Source: Polyangiales bacterium (GTDB lineage Bacteria; Myxococcota_A; Polyangia; Polyangiales; Ga0077539). From it: 64,000 bases of DNA. Below, piece after piece: positions 1 through 13,631 of the stretch. The DNA is taken from the NCBI GenBank assembly GCA_044229975.1, contig JBGARZ010000001.1:1056001-1120000 (forward strand), given 5' to 3'. The number at the start of each line of letters is the position of its first letter. Positions within the stretch are counted from its first letter, which is position 1. The translations under genes were made by a program, and so were the position numbers. The notes under the pieces were generated by a model. That model made no database searches. It saw nothing but the letters and a program-made list of their open reading frames with translations, and was not told the DNA's origin.

Positions 1-1799
<1,799 letters not shown>

Positions 1800-3251
1800 T
1801 CAGCCGAGCGGCGCGGCCTTCACCGCGGCGCGGCCGTCCTTCACCGTCACCGAGAAGCGGGCGCTGCGGCTGCGGGCGCGCGTCACCACCTCCGCGCGGG
1901 TGCGCTGGAGCGTCGCCTGGAAGCGCTCCCAGGTGACCCCGTCGGCCCCCTCCCCGCACTCCCGCCGCTTCGCCATGAACTGCTCGAACACCTCGCGCCA
2001 CTGCCGCAGCTCCTCGGCCTCGTTGAGCGGCATGCGCTGGTTCATGGGCGTTCCGGGTGCGTCGCCCGGCATCGAGAGCAGCGACTCCAGGTCGTTGACG
2101 CTCCGCAGCTTGCCGCCCGAGCGCTCGATCTCGCGCTTCACCACCTCGTCGATGCCGTCGTTGGCGGCCACCGCCACGTCGCGCGCGAAGCCCGACAACA
2201 ACAACGGATCGACCCGGTTGAGCGGCCCCTTCTGGAGGTCGCGCATCGCGTCGATGAGCTTGCGCTTCTTGCTGTCGTACTCCCAGTAGAAGAGCGCGAA
2301 GCCCAGCACGATGAGCACGCCCACCACGGCGCCGAGCGCCGCGAGCGGAACGCGCGCGAGGTCGTCCTTCGATGCCTTCAAGAGGAAGTCCGTCGGCATC
2401 GTCGGGAGCCCGCGCCCCACCGCGATGCCCGCCATCGCCGCACCCGGGAGCGACCCATACGCGACGCGGCCCGAGTGATCGGGCAGCTCGAAGGACACCG
2501 CGCCGCGGGTGGTCCACTCGGCGCGCTGCGACAGCGTGCGAACGGGCTCCGACAGCACGGCCTGGCTGGGAGCCGCGACGGCCCCGCGCTCAGGCACCGG
2601 GACGACGCCGCCGTAGGTCTGCTCGGCGCCGAAGACGATCAACGACGCGCCCGGCACGAGCTGCGCGACCCGGTCCACGAAGGTCTGCTGGATGACCATG
2701 CCGTGCACCACGGCGCCCACGTAGTAGCGACCCTCGGAGATCACCGGGCGGGCGGCCATGCGATAGGCGCGACCCGACAGCTCCCAGATGTCGTCGCGGA
2801 CGTTGCCCGCGAGGGCGCGCTCGACCAGCGGCAGACCGCCGACGTACTGGCCGGTCTCGTTCTCCTGCAAGCCGACGCGGCCCACGATGATGCCGCGCGG
2901 GTCGACCGCGAAGAGCACCTCACCACGCAGCGGACCAAGCCCCTGGTTGAGCTCGCGCAGCTTCGCCGTGATGGCGGTTCCGATCGCCGCGGGCGTGTCG
3001 CCGGTGCGGCGCGTCGCGGTGACCATCAACGGGACGAGGCCCGGGTCCGACGCCAGCGGCGCGAGATCATCGAGCCGCGTGCGCGCGTCGCGTCGGAGAT
3101 ACTCCTCCACGATGCGCCGATCGCTGTCGACCAGCGAGGCCACGTCCGTCGCGCGGTCGTGGTCGTAGGTCGTTCGAGCGAGGGTCATCGCCGCGACCGA
3201 CGCGCCCGCCACCAGCGCCAGCAACACCATCCAGAACCGTGAGAACAACAT
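1800..3251 (-). CDS. Membrane protein with periplasmic Cache-like region and MXAN_5187-like C-terminal domain
   Basis: Two TM segments flank a periplasmic region. The C-terminus WREVFEQFMAKRRECGE..TWERF..RFSVTVKDGRAAVKA resembles the myxobacterial MXAN_5187 C-terminal domain. Confidence 0.75.
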   Translation of the reverse strand: MLFSRFWMVLLALVAGASVAAMTLARTTYDHDRATDVASLVDSDRRIVEEYLRRDARTRLDDLAPLASDPGLVPLMVTATRRTGDTPAAIGTAITAKLRELNQGLGPLRGEVLFAVDPRGIIVGRVGLQENETGQYVGGLPLVERALAGNVRDDIWELSGRAYRMAARPVISEGRYYVGAVVHGMVIQQTFVDRVAQLVPGASLIVFGAEQTYGGVVPVPERGAVAAPSQAVLSEPVRTLSQRAEWTTRGAVSFELPDHSGRVAYGSLPGAAMAGIAVGRGLPTMPTDFLLKASKDDLARVPLAALGAVVGVLIVLGFALFYWEYDSKKRKLIDAMRDLQKGPLNRVDPLLLSGFARDVAVAANDGIDEVVKREIERSGGKLRSVNDLESLLSMPGDAPGTPMNQRMPLNEAEELRQWREVFEQFMAKRRECGEGADGVTWERFQATLQRTRAEVVTRARSRSARFSVTVKDGRAAVKAAPLG

Positions 3252-3275
3252 CGCCGCTCGCTCCGCAGTCTTCCG

Positions 3276-4064
3276 TCAGTGATGCCGACGATCGTCGCCC
3301 GCCGGTGCCGCCGGCGCCGCCGCGCCCGGCGTCCCGAGGGTGAGCGTCACCGCCGCCTCGCGACCCGCCACGGTGACCTCCGCGGAGGCCCGCTCGACGC
3401 CCTCGAAGTACGCCTTCAAGGTGTAGGTACCGTCCTCGATGTTGGTCGCCGCGAAGGCGCCCGCGCTGTTGGCCAGAAGCACCCGCCCCTGCCCCGGACC
3501 CGCGACCACCCAGCACCGAAACGACGGCTGGCGGGCGTCGCGGAGCTCGTACGTTCCGGCGGCGGGGAGGCTCACCTGGCGGCGGGCCCGCGCGGCCGTC
3601 ATCTCCGCGGCGACCACGCGCTCGTCCTGCCCCTGTCGCACCACGAAGAACTCGTGGGCCAGCATGTCCTGGTTGTCGAGCGTGAGCGTCGTGCCCGGCG
3701 AGAGCACCACCGTGCCCGGCACGCAGCGCCCACCCTGCACCGACACCGTCACCGGCTGCCGCGCCTCGGCCACGCTCGCGCCCGTGAGCACCACCGTCAC
3801 GTCGCGCTCGACGCTCGCCCGCGGTGCGGTGATCGCCAGCGCCCCGTTGGGCACCTCCCAGTACGACCCGCGCCACCGCGGCGGAACCGCGCGCGGCGAC
3901 GGGGAGAGCCCATCGGCGCCTGCGATTGTTCCGCGCACCTCGTGGGCGGACGCCGCGCCCGCGACCAACACCAGCCCGGCGAGCACGACCCACCGACGCG
4001 ACCCCTGCGACCACCGCGTTGCCATCACGAGCGCATGGGACACCGTTCCACGCGACGGCGTCAA
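3276..4064 (-). CDS. Secreted cupredoxin-like / carboxypeptidase-regulatory-like domain protein
   Basis: Signal peptide (AASA|HEV), beta-rich, LDNQDMLAHEF and GTYTLKAY motifs. True start may be 4025. Confidence 0.6.
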   Translation of the reverse strand: MTPSRGTVSHALVMATRWSQGSRRWVVLAGLVLVAGAASAHEVRGTIAGADGLSPSPRAVPPRWRGSYWEVPNGALAITAPRASVERDVTVVLTGASVAEARQPVTVSVQGGRCVPGTVVLSPGTTLTLDNQDMLAHEFFVVRQGQDERVVAAEMTAARARRQVSLPAAGTYELRDARQPSFRCWVVAGPGQGRVLLANSAGAFAATNIEDGTYTLKAYFEGVERASAEVTVAGREAAVTLTLGTPGAAAPAAPAGDDRRHH

Positions 4065-4086
4065 TCGGTGAGTGGGGCGGTGGGCC

Positions 4087-5010
4087 TCAGATGCTGCCGA
4101 GGCCGCGGGCGAGCGACTCGATGTCGGCGCGGCGCATCTGCTCCACGGCCAGCGCCGGGAGCATCACCTTGCTGCCGGGGAGCTTCGCGAGCCGCTCGAT
4201 CATTCCCCGCTGGAGCGCCTCTCGCTTCGCGCGGGAGAGACCCACGCGGGCGACCTCCTCCAACGCCGACGCGCGGGCGAGCACCTCGGCGGCCGAGCGC
4301 GCGGGGTCGACGCCGGTCTTGAAGAGCGGCGTGAGCACCTGGTTGATGACCAGCTTGGCGAGCGGGAGCTGGAGCTCACCGGTGAGCTTCGGGATGAGCT
4401 CCTCGGTCTCCGCGGTGGGCATCTCCTCGGCCAGCGTGACCACCACCATCCCCGACTGCTTCGGGTCGCGCATGATGGCGAGACCCTCCTCGGCCTCGCG
4501 GCGCAACAACCCGATGGGCGCCACGCTCGTGATGACCTGCGGGACCCGCAGCATCTGCAAGCCGTGCCCCGTGGCGGGCGCGTCGAGGATGACCAGGTCG
4601 TACACGCGGCGACCGTTTTCGGTCTGCTTCACGTGGTAGAGCGTCTTGCCGAGCATCGCCCACGCGTCCATGCCGGGGACGGCGCGCAGGAAGCCCTTCA
4701 CGGCGCGGTTGTCCATCACCGCTTTGTAGAGGGCCTTCACCTTCAGGATCATCATCCCGTACTCGTCGAGGCACGTCTCCGGGTCGAGGTTGACGGCGTC
4801 GATGTTGGGGAGAATCTGCGCGACCTCGCTGGTGATGAACTGCGTCTCCAGCATGGCGCTCATCCGCTCGCGGGCCTGCGACATGGCCACGAGGACACGC
4901 TTGCCGCGCGAGGCGGCGAGCAGCGCGAGGGCGGCCGACACGGTGGTCTTGCCGGTGCCCCCTTTGCCGATGACGGCGAGGAAGCGTCGGTCGAGGAGGT
5001 CAGACGCCAT
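4087..5010 (-). CDS. ArsA/Get3-family ATPase
   Basis: Deviant Walker A GKGGTGKTT, DLVILDAPATGH, VTLAEEMP..ET, LVINQV. Confidence 0.88.
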   Translation of the reverse strand: MASDLLDRRFLAVIGKGGTGKTTVSAALALLAASRGKRVLVAMSQARERMSAMLETQFITSEVAQILPNIDAVNLDPETCLDEYGMMILKVKALYKAVMDNRAVKGFLRAVPGMDAWAMLGKTLYHVKQTENGRRVYDLVILDAPATGHGLQMLRVPQVITSVAPIGLLRREAEEGLAIMRDPKQSGMVVVTLAEEMPTAETEELIPKLTGELQLPLAKLVINQVLTPLFKTGVDPARSAAEVLARASALEEVARVGLSRAKREALQRGMIERLAKLPGSKVMLPALAVEQMRRADIESLARGLGSI

Positions 5011-5094
5011 GGAAGGGTGCCCGGTGCTACCGCGCGCATCACCCGTCACGCAAGCAGAGGATGAATGACCGGCGCTTCGGAGAGGGCGACGAGG

Positions 5095-6324
5095 TCACGC
5101 ACCGGTGCGGCGACGACGGACGAACGCCGCCGCGAAGCCCAGCACCAGCACACCGACGACGCCGCGCGGGGCGCCGCTACGGCCCGGCGACGTGGCGCAC
5201 TCCAGGCCGCGCGCGGAGGTGTCGGTGCCGCTGTAGAAGCCGTCGTCGGTCACGCACGGCGGACGGTTGAGCAGGCGCCCTGCCTGAAAGGACGGCGTCA
5301 GCTCGCCGGCCGACGACGACTGGAGCTGGAGGTCGCGGTCGAGCGCGCCCGCGGGGAGATCGGCGCGCAGCCGCGTCACCCACGGAGTCGAGAGCCCGGC
5401 GACGGCGACGCCCCAGTCGGCCGCGGTGGACTCGTTGAAGCGGAAGTTGTTGGCGTACTGGTCGGCGTGGCGGGCCGACTCGGTGACCCACGCGCGACCG
5501 CCCGACGGGGCGATGGCGGCGCGAAACATCGCGGGGTAGTTGCTCTGGCTGGTGGCGTAGTCCCACGACACGTTGGCGCGATCGACGAGGGCGTTGGGGA
5601 AGTTCATCGCCTCGGAGCGCCCCTCCATGAAGACGAAGAGCGAGATGCCGACCTTGTCGGCGATGCCCGCGCTCACCATGCGCAGCGGGAGCACCGGCGA
5701 CGGCGTGGCGAAGCGCACCCGGATGGGCTGCATCGCCTGGATGCCCTCCATCGGGCGCAGCCGCAGCGCGATGAAGTCCATGCGCAGGTCGGTGTAGTGG
5801 CGGATGACGGGCTCGATGGACGACGGGATGACGTAGCTGTTGGCGCGCAGCCAGGTGGAGAGCGCGTCGGCGTCGGTGCTGCGCAGGGTGACGGTCTGGT
5901 ACGGGCCCACGACCTCGGTGCGAATCACCTCCACTCCGCCGTTTTCGAAGCGGCTGGAAGTGGCGTCCGACGCGAAGAGCCCGCGCCCGGAGGAGGGACA
6001 GCTCTGCGCAGGGGCGGTGACCGTGGGCGCCGTCACCTGGCCGAGCAGATCGAAGAAGGCCGCATCGGCGAGCTCGACCCGCGCGTCACCCTGGACGGGA
6101 AGCACCCAGGAGAAGTCCTCCGGGCGGCCGGAGTAGCGGATCTGGTCCCAGAGAATCGACTCGCTCGCGTGGATGGCCATGACCATCAGGTGGTCGGTGA
6201 CGACCTGGTTGGTCTCCGACGGAGCGAAGCACCCGCCACAGGCGTCGGCGGTGTTGCCCGAGAGGGTCGGCAGGCCGAGGGCAGCGACAACGACAAGCGC
6301 GCGAGTCCAGGTCGAGGGGGTCAT
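5095..6324 (-). CDS. DUF2330-domain protein with MYXO-CTERM-like tail
   Basis: Signal peptide then ACGGCF, DQIRYSG..FSWVLPV, VVGPYQTVTL, LPLRMV. C-terminal Cys, TM segment and RRRR. Confidence 0.85.
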   Translation of the reverse strand: MTPSTWTRALVVVAALGLPTLSGNTADACGGCFAPSETNQVVTDHLMVMAIHASESILWDQIRYSGRPEDFSWVLPVQGDARVELADAAFFDLLGQVTAPTVTAPAQSCPSSGRGLFASDATSSRFENGGVEVIRTEVVGPYQTVTLRSTDADALSTWLRANSYVIPSSIEPVIRHYTDLRMDFIALRLRPMEGIQAMQPIRVRFATPSPVLPLRMVSAGIADKVGISLFVFMEGRSEAMNFPNALVDRANVSWDYATSQSNYPAMFRAAIAPSGGRAWVTESARHADQYANNFRFNESTAADWGVAVAGLSTPWVTRLRADLPAGALDRDLQLQSSSAGELTPSFQAGRLLNRPPCVTDDGFYSGTDTSARGLECATSPGRSGAPRGVVGVLVLGFAAAFVRRRRTGA

Positions 6325-6495
6325 GGGGTGGTCCTTGAGTGCAATGGATGCTCCAACCGCGCGCGAAACTCAAACCGCGGGAAACGACGGGGAGACGTGG
6401 GACGGACTGTGCCACGGAGGCTCTGCCGTGACTGTGGGTCACACGGGTCGATCGCTACCCTCGGTTGCCCGAATCGGACTACACCCGACGGCGCC

Positions 6496-7920
6496 ATGAC
6501 CGACGCCGTGCTGCGATTCGTTCCGCCTGCGCCGAAGCCGATGTCCGTGTCGGAGCTCAACCGGACGGCGCGCGACACGCTCGACCAGAAGTTTGCGGTC
6601 CCCGTGTGGGTCGAAGGGGAGATCTCCTCGGCCAAGCTCGTCGCCTCGGGGCACCTCTACTTCGAGCTCAAGGACGAGCGCGAAGACGCCCGCCTCACCT
6701 GTGTGATGTGGAAGGGCAGCCTCGCCAAGGTGCGCGCCAAGATGACCGTCGGGGAGAAGATCCTCCTGCGCGGAAAGCCCACCGTCTACGGACCGCGCGG
6801 GCAGTTTCAGTTCGTCGGCGACACCGCGATGGCAGCGGGCGCCGGAGCAGCCGCCGCCGCCTTCGAGGCCCTCAAGGAGAAGCTCCGCGCCGAAGGTCTC
6901 TTCGACGACGAACGCAAGCGCCGCGTGCCCCGCTTTCCCCGCGTCATCGGCGTGGTGACCAGCCCATCGGGCGCCGCGCTGCAGGACATCCTGAAGGTGC
7001 TCACCGCGCGCTGGCCGGTGCGCGTGGTGGTCGCCCCGACGCTGGTGCAGGGCGCCGAAGCTCCGGCGCAGATCGCGCGCGCCATCGTCAACGTGCAGAA
7101 GCTGCGGGCGCTCGACGTGGTCATCGTCGGGCGCGGCGGCGGGGCGAGCGAAGACCTCGCGGCCTTCAACGACGAGCGCGTGGCGAGGGCCATCGCGACG
7201 TGTCGGGTGCCCGTGGTGTCGGCCGTCGGTCATCAGGTCGACCACACGCTGGCAGACCTCGTCGCCGACCTGCGCGCGGCCACGCCCACCGACGCCGCCG
7301 CCCTCTGCACGCCGGTCATGGCCGAGGAGCGCGACCGGCTCGACGGCTTCGAGCGGCGCCTCCAGAGCTCGCTCTCGGCGAAGATCAACGCCCTCGGCGT
7401 GCGGCTCCACCGCCTCCAGCCGAAGGATCCGCACCGCCTCATCAACGACCGCCGACAGCGCCTCGACCAGCTCATGGAGCGCGCGGGCGACCTCCTGCGC
7501 CGACGCCTCGTCACGCAGCGCAACGCGCTCACCCGCTTCGACAAGCGCCTCGAAGGCAACCACCCCGCGGCGCGACTCGCGGTGCATCGCGCGAAGTTGC
7601 AGCGGCTCGAAGCGCGCCTCGTGCCAGCGATGCAGCACCGCGCCGAGCGACGCGCGACGCAGCTCCGCGAGCTCCGCGGGCGCCTCGACCGCAGCGCGCG
7701 TGCGCTTGTCGGCCGTGACAAGAATCGGTTCGGCCTCAACCTGCAGAAGCTCAATGTGCTTTCGCCGCTGAAGATTCTGGAGCGCGGGTACAGCGTGACG
7801 CTGCATGAGGATGAGGCGCTCATCGACGCGTCCACGGTGAAGTCGGGCGACGCGATCCATGTGCGGCTGCACCACGGCAGCCTCGACGCGACCGTCACCG
7901 CGACGCACCCGAAGACGTGA
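6496..7920 (+). CDS. xseA: Exodeoxyribonuclease VII large subunit
   Basis: SVSELN, VWVEGEIS, SGHLYFELKD, IGVVTSPSGAALQDI, IVGRGGG..EDLAAFN, SAVGH..D, SPLKILERGY. Confidence 0.96.
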   Translation: MTDAVLRFVPPAPKPMSVSELNRTARDTLDQKFAVPVWVEGEISSAKLVASGHLYFELKDEREDARLTCVMWKGSLAKVRAKMTVGEKILLRGKPTVYGPRGQFQFVGDTAMAAGAGAAAAAFEALKEKLRAEGLFDDERKRRVPRFPRVIGVVTSPSGAALQDILKVLTARWPVRVVVAPTLVQGAEAPAQIARAIVNVQKLRALDVVIVGRGGGASEDLAAFNDERVARAIATCRVPVVSAVGHQVDHTLADLVADLRAATPTDAAALCTPVMAEERDRLDGFERRLQSSLSAKINALGVRLHRLQPKDPHRLINDRRQRLDQLMERAGDLLRRRLVTQRNALTRFDKRLEGNHPAARLAVHRAKLQRLEARLVPAMQHRAERRATQLRELRGRLDRSARALVGRDKNRFGLNLQKLNVLSPLKILERGYSVTLHEDEALIDASTVKSGDAIHVRLHHGSLDATVTATHPKT

Positions 7921-8035
7921 CGTCCACCCCTTTCAAGGTCGCTACGCCCGCCGACCGGCCGGGGTGCAGGCGCGGGACGCGACCAACCCCGGCCGGTCGG
8001 CGGGCGTAGCGACCTTGAAAGGGGTGGACATCACG
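7916..8035. repeat. Long inverted repeat (50-bp arms, 1 mismatch, 20-nt spacer)
   Basis: 7916-7965 is the reverse complement of 7986-8035 except for the 7921/8030 pair. Confidence 0.95.
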
Positions 8036-8845
8036 GCGCGGCTGGCGTTGCTGGGTCACCCGGTGGCGCACTCGCGTTCGCCTGCGATGATGACGGCGGC
8101 CTTCCGCGCGCGGGGCATCGACGCGAGCTACGAGCTGCGCGACACGCCACCGGGGACGCTCGACGCCGCGCTCGCGGCGCTATGGGACGAGGGGTTCGTG
8201 GGGGCGAACGTGACGGTTCCGTGGAAGGCGGAGGTGCGTGCGCGGATCGCGACGGTGGACGAGGCGGCGGCGCGGTGCGGCGCTGTGAATACGCTGGTGC
8301 GTGGCGCGGCGGGCTTCGAGGGGACCAACACCGACGTAGCGGGGTTCACGCGGGCGCTCGCGGAAGCGGGGGTTGCGCTGGCGGGTGAGCGGGTGGTGGT
8401 GATCGGCGCGGGCGGCGCGGCGCGAGCGGTGGTGGCGGCGGCGTTGGCGGGCGGAGCGACGGTGACGGTGCTGGCGCGCGACGCGGCGCGGGCGGCCGAC
8501 GTGGGGACGACGGCGGGCTTCGGCAGCGACGCGGCGCGGGCGGCGTTGGCAGCGTGCACGCTGCTGGTGCAGGCGACGCCGTGCGGGATGGAGGGTGGTC
8601 CGCCGGGCGCGGCGGTGGTGGCGGCGGTGGAGCTCGCGGCGTGTGCACCGGGCGCGAAGGCGGCGGACCTGGTGTACGTGCCGCGCGAGACCGAGTGGAT
8701 GCGGGCGGCGCGCGCGGCGGGGCTGCGGGTGCTCAATGGGGTCGGCGCGGGGATGCTGGTGCACCAGGGGGCGGCGGCGTTTGAGCGGTGGTTCGGCGGG
8801 GTCGCGCCGGTCGAGGCGATGCGAGGGGCGCTGGGTCGGACGTAG
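8024..8845 (+). CDS. aroE: Shikimate dehydrogenase
   Basis: LLGHPVAHSRSP, GANVTVPWK, GAVNT, GTNTD, IGAGGAARA, DLVYVP, MLVHQG. GTG start inferred at 8024. Confidence 0.93.
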   Translation: MDITARLALLGHPVAHSRSPAMMTAAFRARGIDASYELRDTPPGTLDAALAALWDEGFVGANVTVPWKAEVRARIATVDEAAARCGAVNTLVRGAAGFEGTNTDVAGFTRALAEAGVALAGERVVVIGAGGAARAVVAAALAGGATVTVLARDAARAADVGTTAGFGSDAARAALAACTLLVQATPCGMEGGPPGAAVVAAVELAACAPGAKAADLVYVPRETEWMRAARAAGLRVLNGVGAGMLVHQGAAAFERWFGGVAPVEAMRGALGRT

Positions 8846-8858
8846 GGGCGAGCGCGTG

Positions 8859-8944
8859 GGCCCGCGGTCGTCGGGGCCCACGCCGCGGCGTCAGCGCGGC
8901 GCGCGACGGTCGGGTCCGCGGTCGTCGGGGCCCACGCCGCGGCC
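8859..8944. repeat. Two near-identical ~31-bp GC-rich direct repeats
   Basis: gg(c/t)ccgcggtcgtcggggcccacgccgcggc at ~8859 and ~8913. Confidence 0.8.
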
Positions 8945-8962
8945 CTCGCGGATCGCGTCGAA

Positions 8963-9113
8963 GAGGGGTGGGGTCTCTTTGAACGATGCGCGGTGTCGCC
9001 AATAGAGGGGTGGGGGTCTCTCCAACCGATGCAACCCATCGCTTGGAGAGGGGTGGGGGCCTCTTTGAACGATGCAACCCATCGCCAATAGAGGGGTGGG
9101 GGTCTCTCCAACC
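8963..9113. repeat. Tandem 42-43-bp repeats (about 3.5 units)
   Basis: Units begin GAGGGGTGGGG at 8963, 9005, 9048 and 9091, alternating ..ctctttgaacgatgc.. and ..ctctccaacc.. Confidence 0.9.
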
Positions 9114-9120
9114 GGCGATG

Positions 9121-10212
9121 TCAGCGCTGCGCGCCCCGATGCGGGGCCCGCGGCGCCCGCGGTCGTGCTCTCACCGGAGCAGCGGGCGCGGTCTCTGGCG
9201 CCACCACCGCCGCCGTCGCGACCGACTGCGTACGACCGAGCCGGTACACACCCATCGTAAACGCCAGCAGCGCCAACCCCGCGAGCACCACAGTGCTCCA
9301 GCGCGGCGGAAACGGCGCGGGCCCTCTCGCGACGGCGTTGGACGGCTCGCGCAACGCGTTGGCCAGCAGCGCCACGAAGGCGCCCGCCGACGCGGGTCGC
9401 TCGCTCGCTCGACGCGCAAGCCCCATGGCGAAGACCTCGTCGACGCGCCCGTTGAGCGCCGGGCGGAGCGTCGACGGCGCGACGAGCGCGTCGTGCACCA
9501 CCGAGTACGAGACGCGCACCGCGTCGTCGCCCGGAAAGGGCCGCGTCCCGGTGAGCGCCTCGAAGAGAACCGACGCCAGCGAGTACACGTCCCCGCGCGG
9601 GCTGTACTCGCCCTTGGTGATGGCCTCCGGGGGCGCGTAGGCGGGCGTTCCGAGAAACTGCCCGTCGCGGGTGAGCGTCGCATCGGGGACGCGCGCGATG
9701 CCGAGGTCGGTGAGCTTCACCGCGCCGTCGGGTCCGAGGAGGATGTTGTCCGGCTTGATGTCGCGGTGGACGATGCCCGCGCCATGGAGCGCATCGAGCG
9801 CCGAGCCCACGCCGCGTGCGATGCGCAGCACCTCGCGCAACGGAACCTGTCCCTCCTCGACGAGCTCGCGGAGGTTGCGCCCCGGCACGTACTCGTAGAC
9901 GACATACGGACCGAGGTTGGGGCACTCACCCGCGTCGTGGACGATGACGACGTGCGGGTGGTGGAAGCGCGCCGCCGCCCGCATCTCGTTGCGGAAGCGG
10001 GCGACGTGGGCGTCGCGGAGGTTGCCTTCGCGGAGCACCTTCACCGCGACGTCGCGCTGGAGGTCAGCGTCGTGGGCGAGCAGCACGCGTCCCATGGCAC
10101 CCGCACCAAGAGGCCGCAGAACGCGGTAGCGCCCGATGCGCGTCGGCGTGTCCGTGGCCACCGCGCCGCCGCGAGGCTCCGGGTCGATGGGGTGCGTGGC
10201 GAGCTCGGACAT
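9121..10212 (-). CDS. Ser/Thr protein kinase (Hanks type) with C-terminal TM segment
   Basis: LGAGAMGRV, VAVK, HRDIKPDN, DLG, GTPAYAPPE, DVYSL. Confidence 0.93.
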   Translation of the reverse strand: MSELATHPIDPEPRGGAVATDTPTRIGRYRVLRPLGAGAMGRVLLAHDADLQRDVAVKVLREGNLRDAHVARFRNEMRAAARFHHPHVVIVHDAGECPNLGPYVVYEYVPGRNLRELVEEGQVPLREVLRIARGVGSALDALHGAGIVHRDIKPDNILLGPDGAVKLTDLGIARVPDATLTRDGQFLGTPAYAPPEAITKGEYSPRGDVYSLASVLFEALTGTRPFPGDDAVRVSYSVVHDALVAPSTLRPALNGRVDEVFAMGLARRASERPASAGAFVALLANALREPSNAVARGPAPFPPRWSTVVLAGLALLAFTMGVYRLGRTQSVATAAVVAPETAPAAPVRARPRAPRAPHRGAQR

Positions 10213-10268
10213 GCGGGCCGCGGGAGTCTATGCCGCGCTCACAAAGCGGTCGAGAAACGGCCCACCGC

Positions 10269-10940
10269 TCACCTCCGCCTCACCTCCGCCACCCTCCCCC
10301 GTTCGAGCGTCACGCGGACGTCCGCGACCCGCTCGGCGAAGCCCGCGTCGTGGGTCACCACCACCACGATGCGCTTCCGCGACCGCGCCCGCGCGATGTC
10401 CTCTTCGAGCACCGCCACCGAGCGCGCGTCGAGCCCAGTCGTCGGCTCGTCGAAGAGCACCAGCGTCGGGTCGTGCAGCTCGGCCCGCGCCACCGCCAGC
10501 CGCTGCAACTGCCCGCGCGAAAATGTGCGCGCCGCCCGATCACCCAGCGCCTTCAGGCCCGCCCGATCGAGCACCGCCTCGATGCGCTCCTTCGGGTCGT
10601 CGAGCCCGTGCAGCGAGGCCATCAGCGCGAGCGACTCGCGCGGCGTGAGGTCGGGGTAGACCATCGCCTCGTGCGCGACGAGACCGACCGACGCGCGGAT
10701 GGCGGCGCGGTCTTCGGGCATGCGGTAGTCGCCCCAGCGAACCTCTCCGGCGGTGGGGCGCGAGAGCGTCGCGAGGATGCTCAGCAGGGTGCTCTTGCCG
10801 GCGCCGTTGCCGCCTTCGAGGGAGGCCACCTCGCCCGCGCGGAAGGTGACGGTCACGCCCGCGAGCGCGCGGGTCACGCCAAACACGCGGGTGACCTTGT
10901 CGACGTCCACGGTGTCGAAGCGCGCGCGAGGGGTGACCAT
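10269..10940 (-). CDS. ABC transporter ATP-binding protein, CcmA (heme exporter)-like
   Basis: GGNGAGKST, FSRGQLQR, LFDEP, VVTHD. The YPDLT..E.L and RTFSRG segments resemble CcmA. Confidence 0.8.
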   Translation of the reverse strand: MVTPRARFDTVDVDKVTRVFGVTRALAGVTVTFRAGEVASLEGGNGAGKSTLLSILATLSRPTAGEVRWGDYRMPEDRAAIRASVGLVAHEAMVYPDLTPRESLALMASLHGLDDPKERIEAVLDRAGLKALGDRAARTFSRGQLQRLAVARAELHDPTLVLFDEPTTGLDARSVAVLEEDIARARSRKRIVVVVTHDAGFAERVADVRVTLERGRVAEVRRR

Positions 10941-11002
10941 CAGGGCGGCGCATCCTACGCCGCTTGCGGGCGCCGGGGCGTTGATGCATAGGTCGGCGCG
11001 CC

Positions 11003-11463
11003 ATGACGACCACGGTGAACTGCATCAAGTGCAACGAGGAGAAGCCCGCGCTCGCCGCCCCGCCGTTTCGCGCGGGCACCAAGCTCGGTGACCTGGGGGC
11101 GGAGATCCAGCAGAAGATCTGCGGCGCCTGCTACAAGGACTGGATCGCGATGAGCGTGAAGCTCGTCAACGAGCTGCGCCTCGACACCACCGACCCGCGC
11201 GGCCAGGAACTCTGGCTGAAGCAGATGAAGGTGTTCTTGAACCTCGATACGGCGAGTGATCCGTGGGCGCGTCACCTCGACAAGCGCGTGGTCATCGAGA
11301 CCGCCGACGGTCGCACGATCAACGCGACGCTCATCGGCGCCGACGATCACCGGCTCACCTTCTCGGACTTCGACGACGGCATCCCCGCGGGCTTCGCCAC
11401 CGGCGCCAACAAGGGCGCCGCCACCCTCGGCCGCGACGCCATCAAGACCGTCGAACCGGCCGC

Positions 11464-11467
<4 letters not shown>
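11003..11467 (+). CDS. YggX-family Fe(II)-trafficking protein with extra C-terminal beta domain
   Basis: TVNCIKC..PPF..LGAEI..IC..CYKDW..KLVNELRLD..MKVFL matches the YggX pattern. About 70 additional residues follow. Confidence 0.8.
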
Positions 11468-12363
<896 letters not shown>

Positions 12364-12399
12364 GGCCTCTCGCGATCTATACTGCGCGCCGCGAACCCA

Positions 12400-13593
<1,194 letters not shown>

Positions 13594-13631
13594 GGGTTGA
13601 CGCCGCGGGGCGGTGGGCGGCACATCGGGGG

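Noticed and set aside
5065..6495. Long N-terminal extension on XseA (951-aa ORF)
   Set aside because: It is antisense to the DUF2330 gene, and XseA similarity begins only after ATG 6496.
8963..9113. Possible mini-CRISPR array
   Set aside because: The period is only 42-43 bp, the inter-repeat parts repeat each other rather than being unique spacers, and there are no cas genes.
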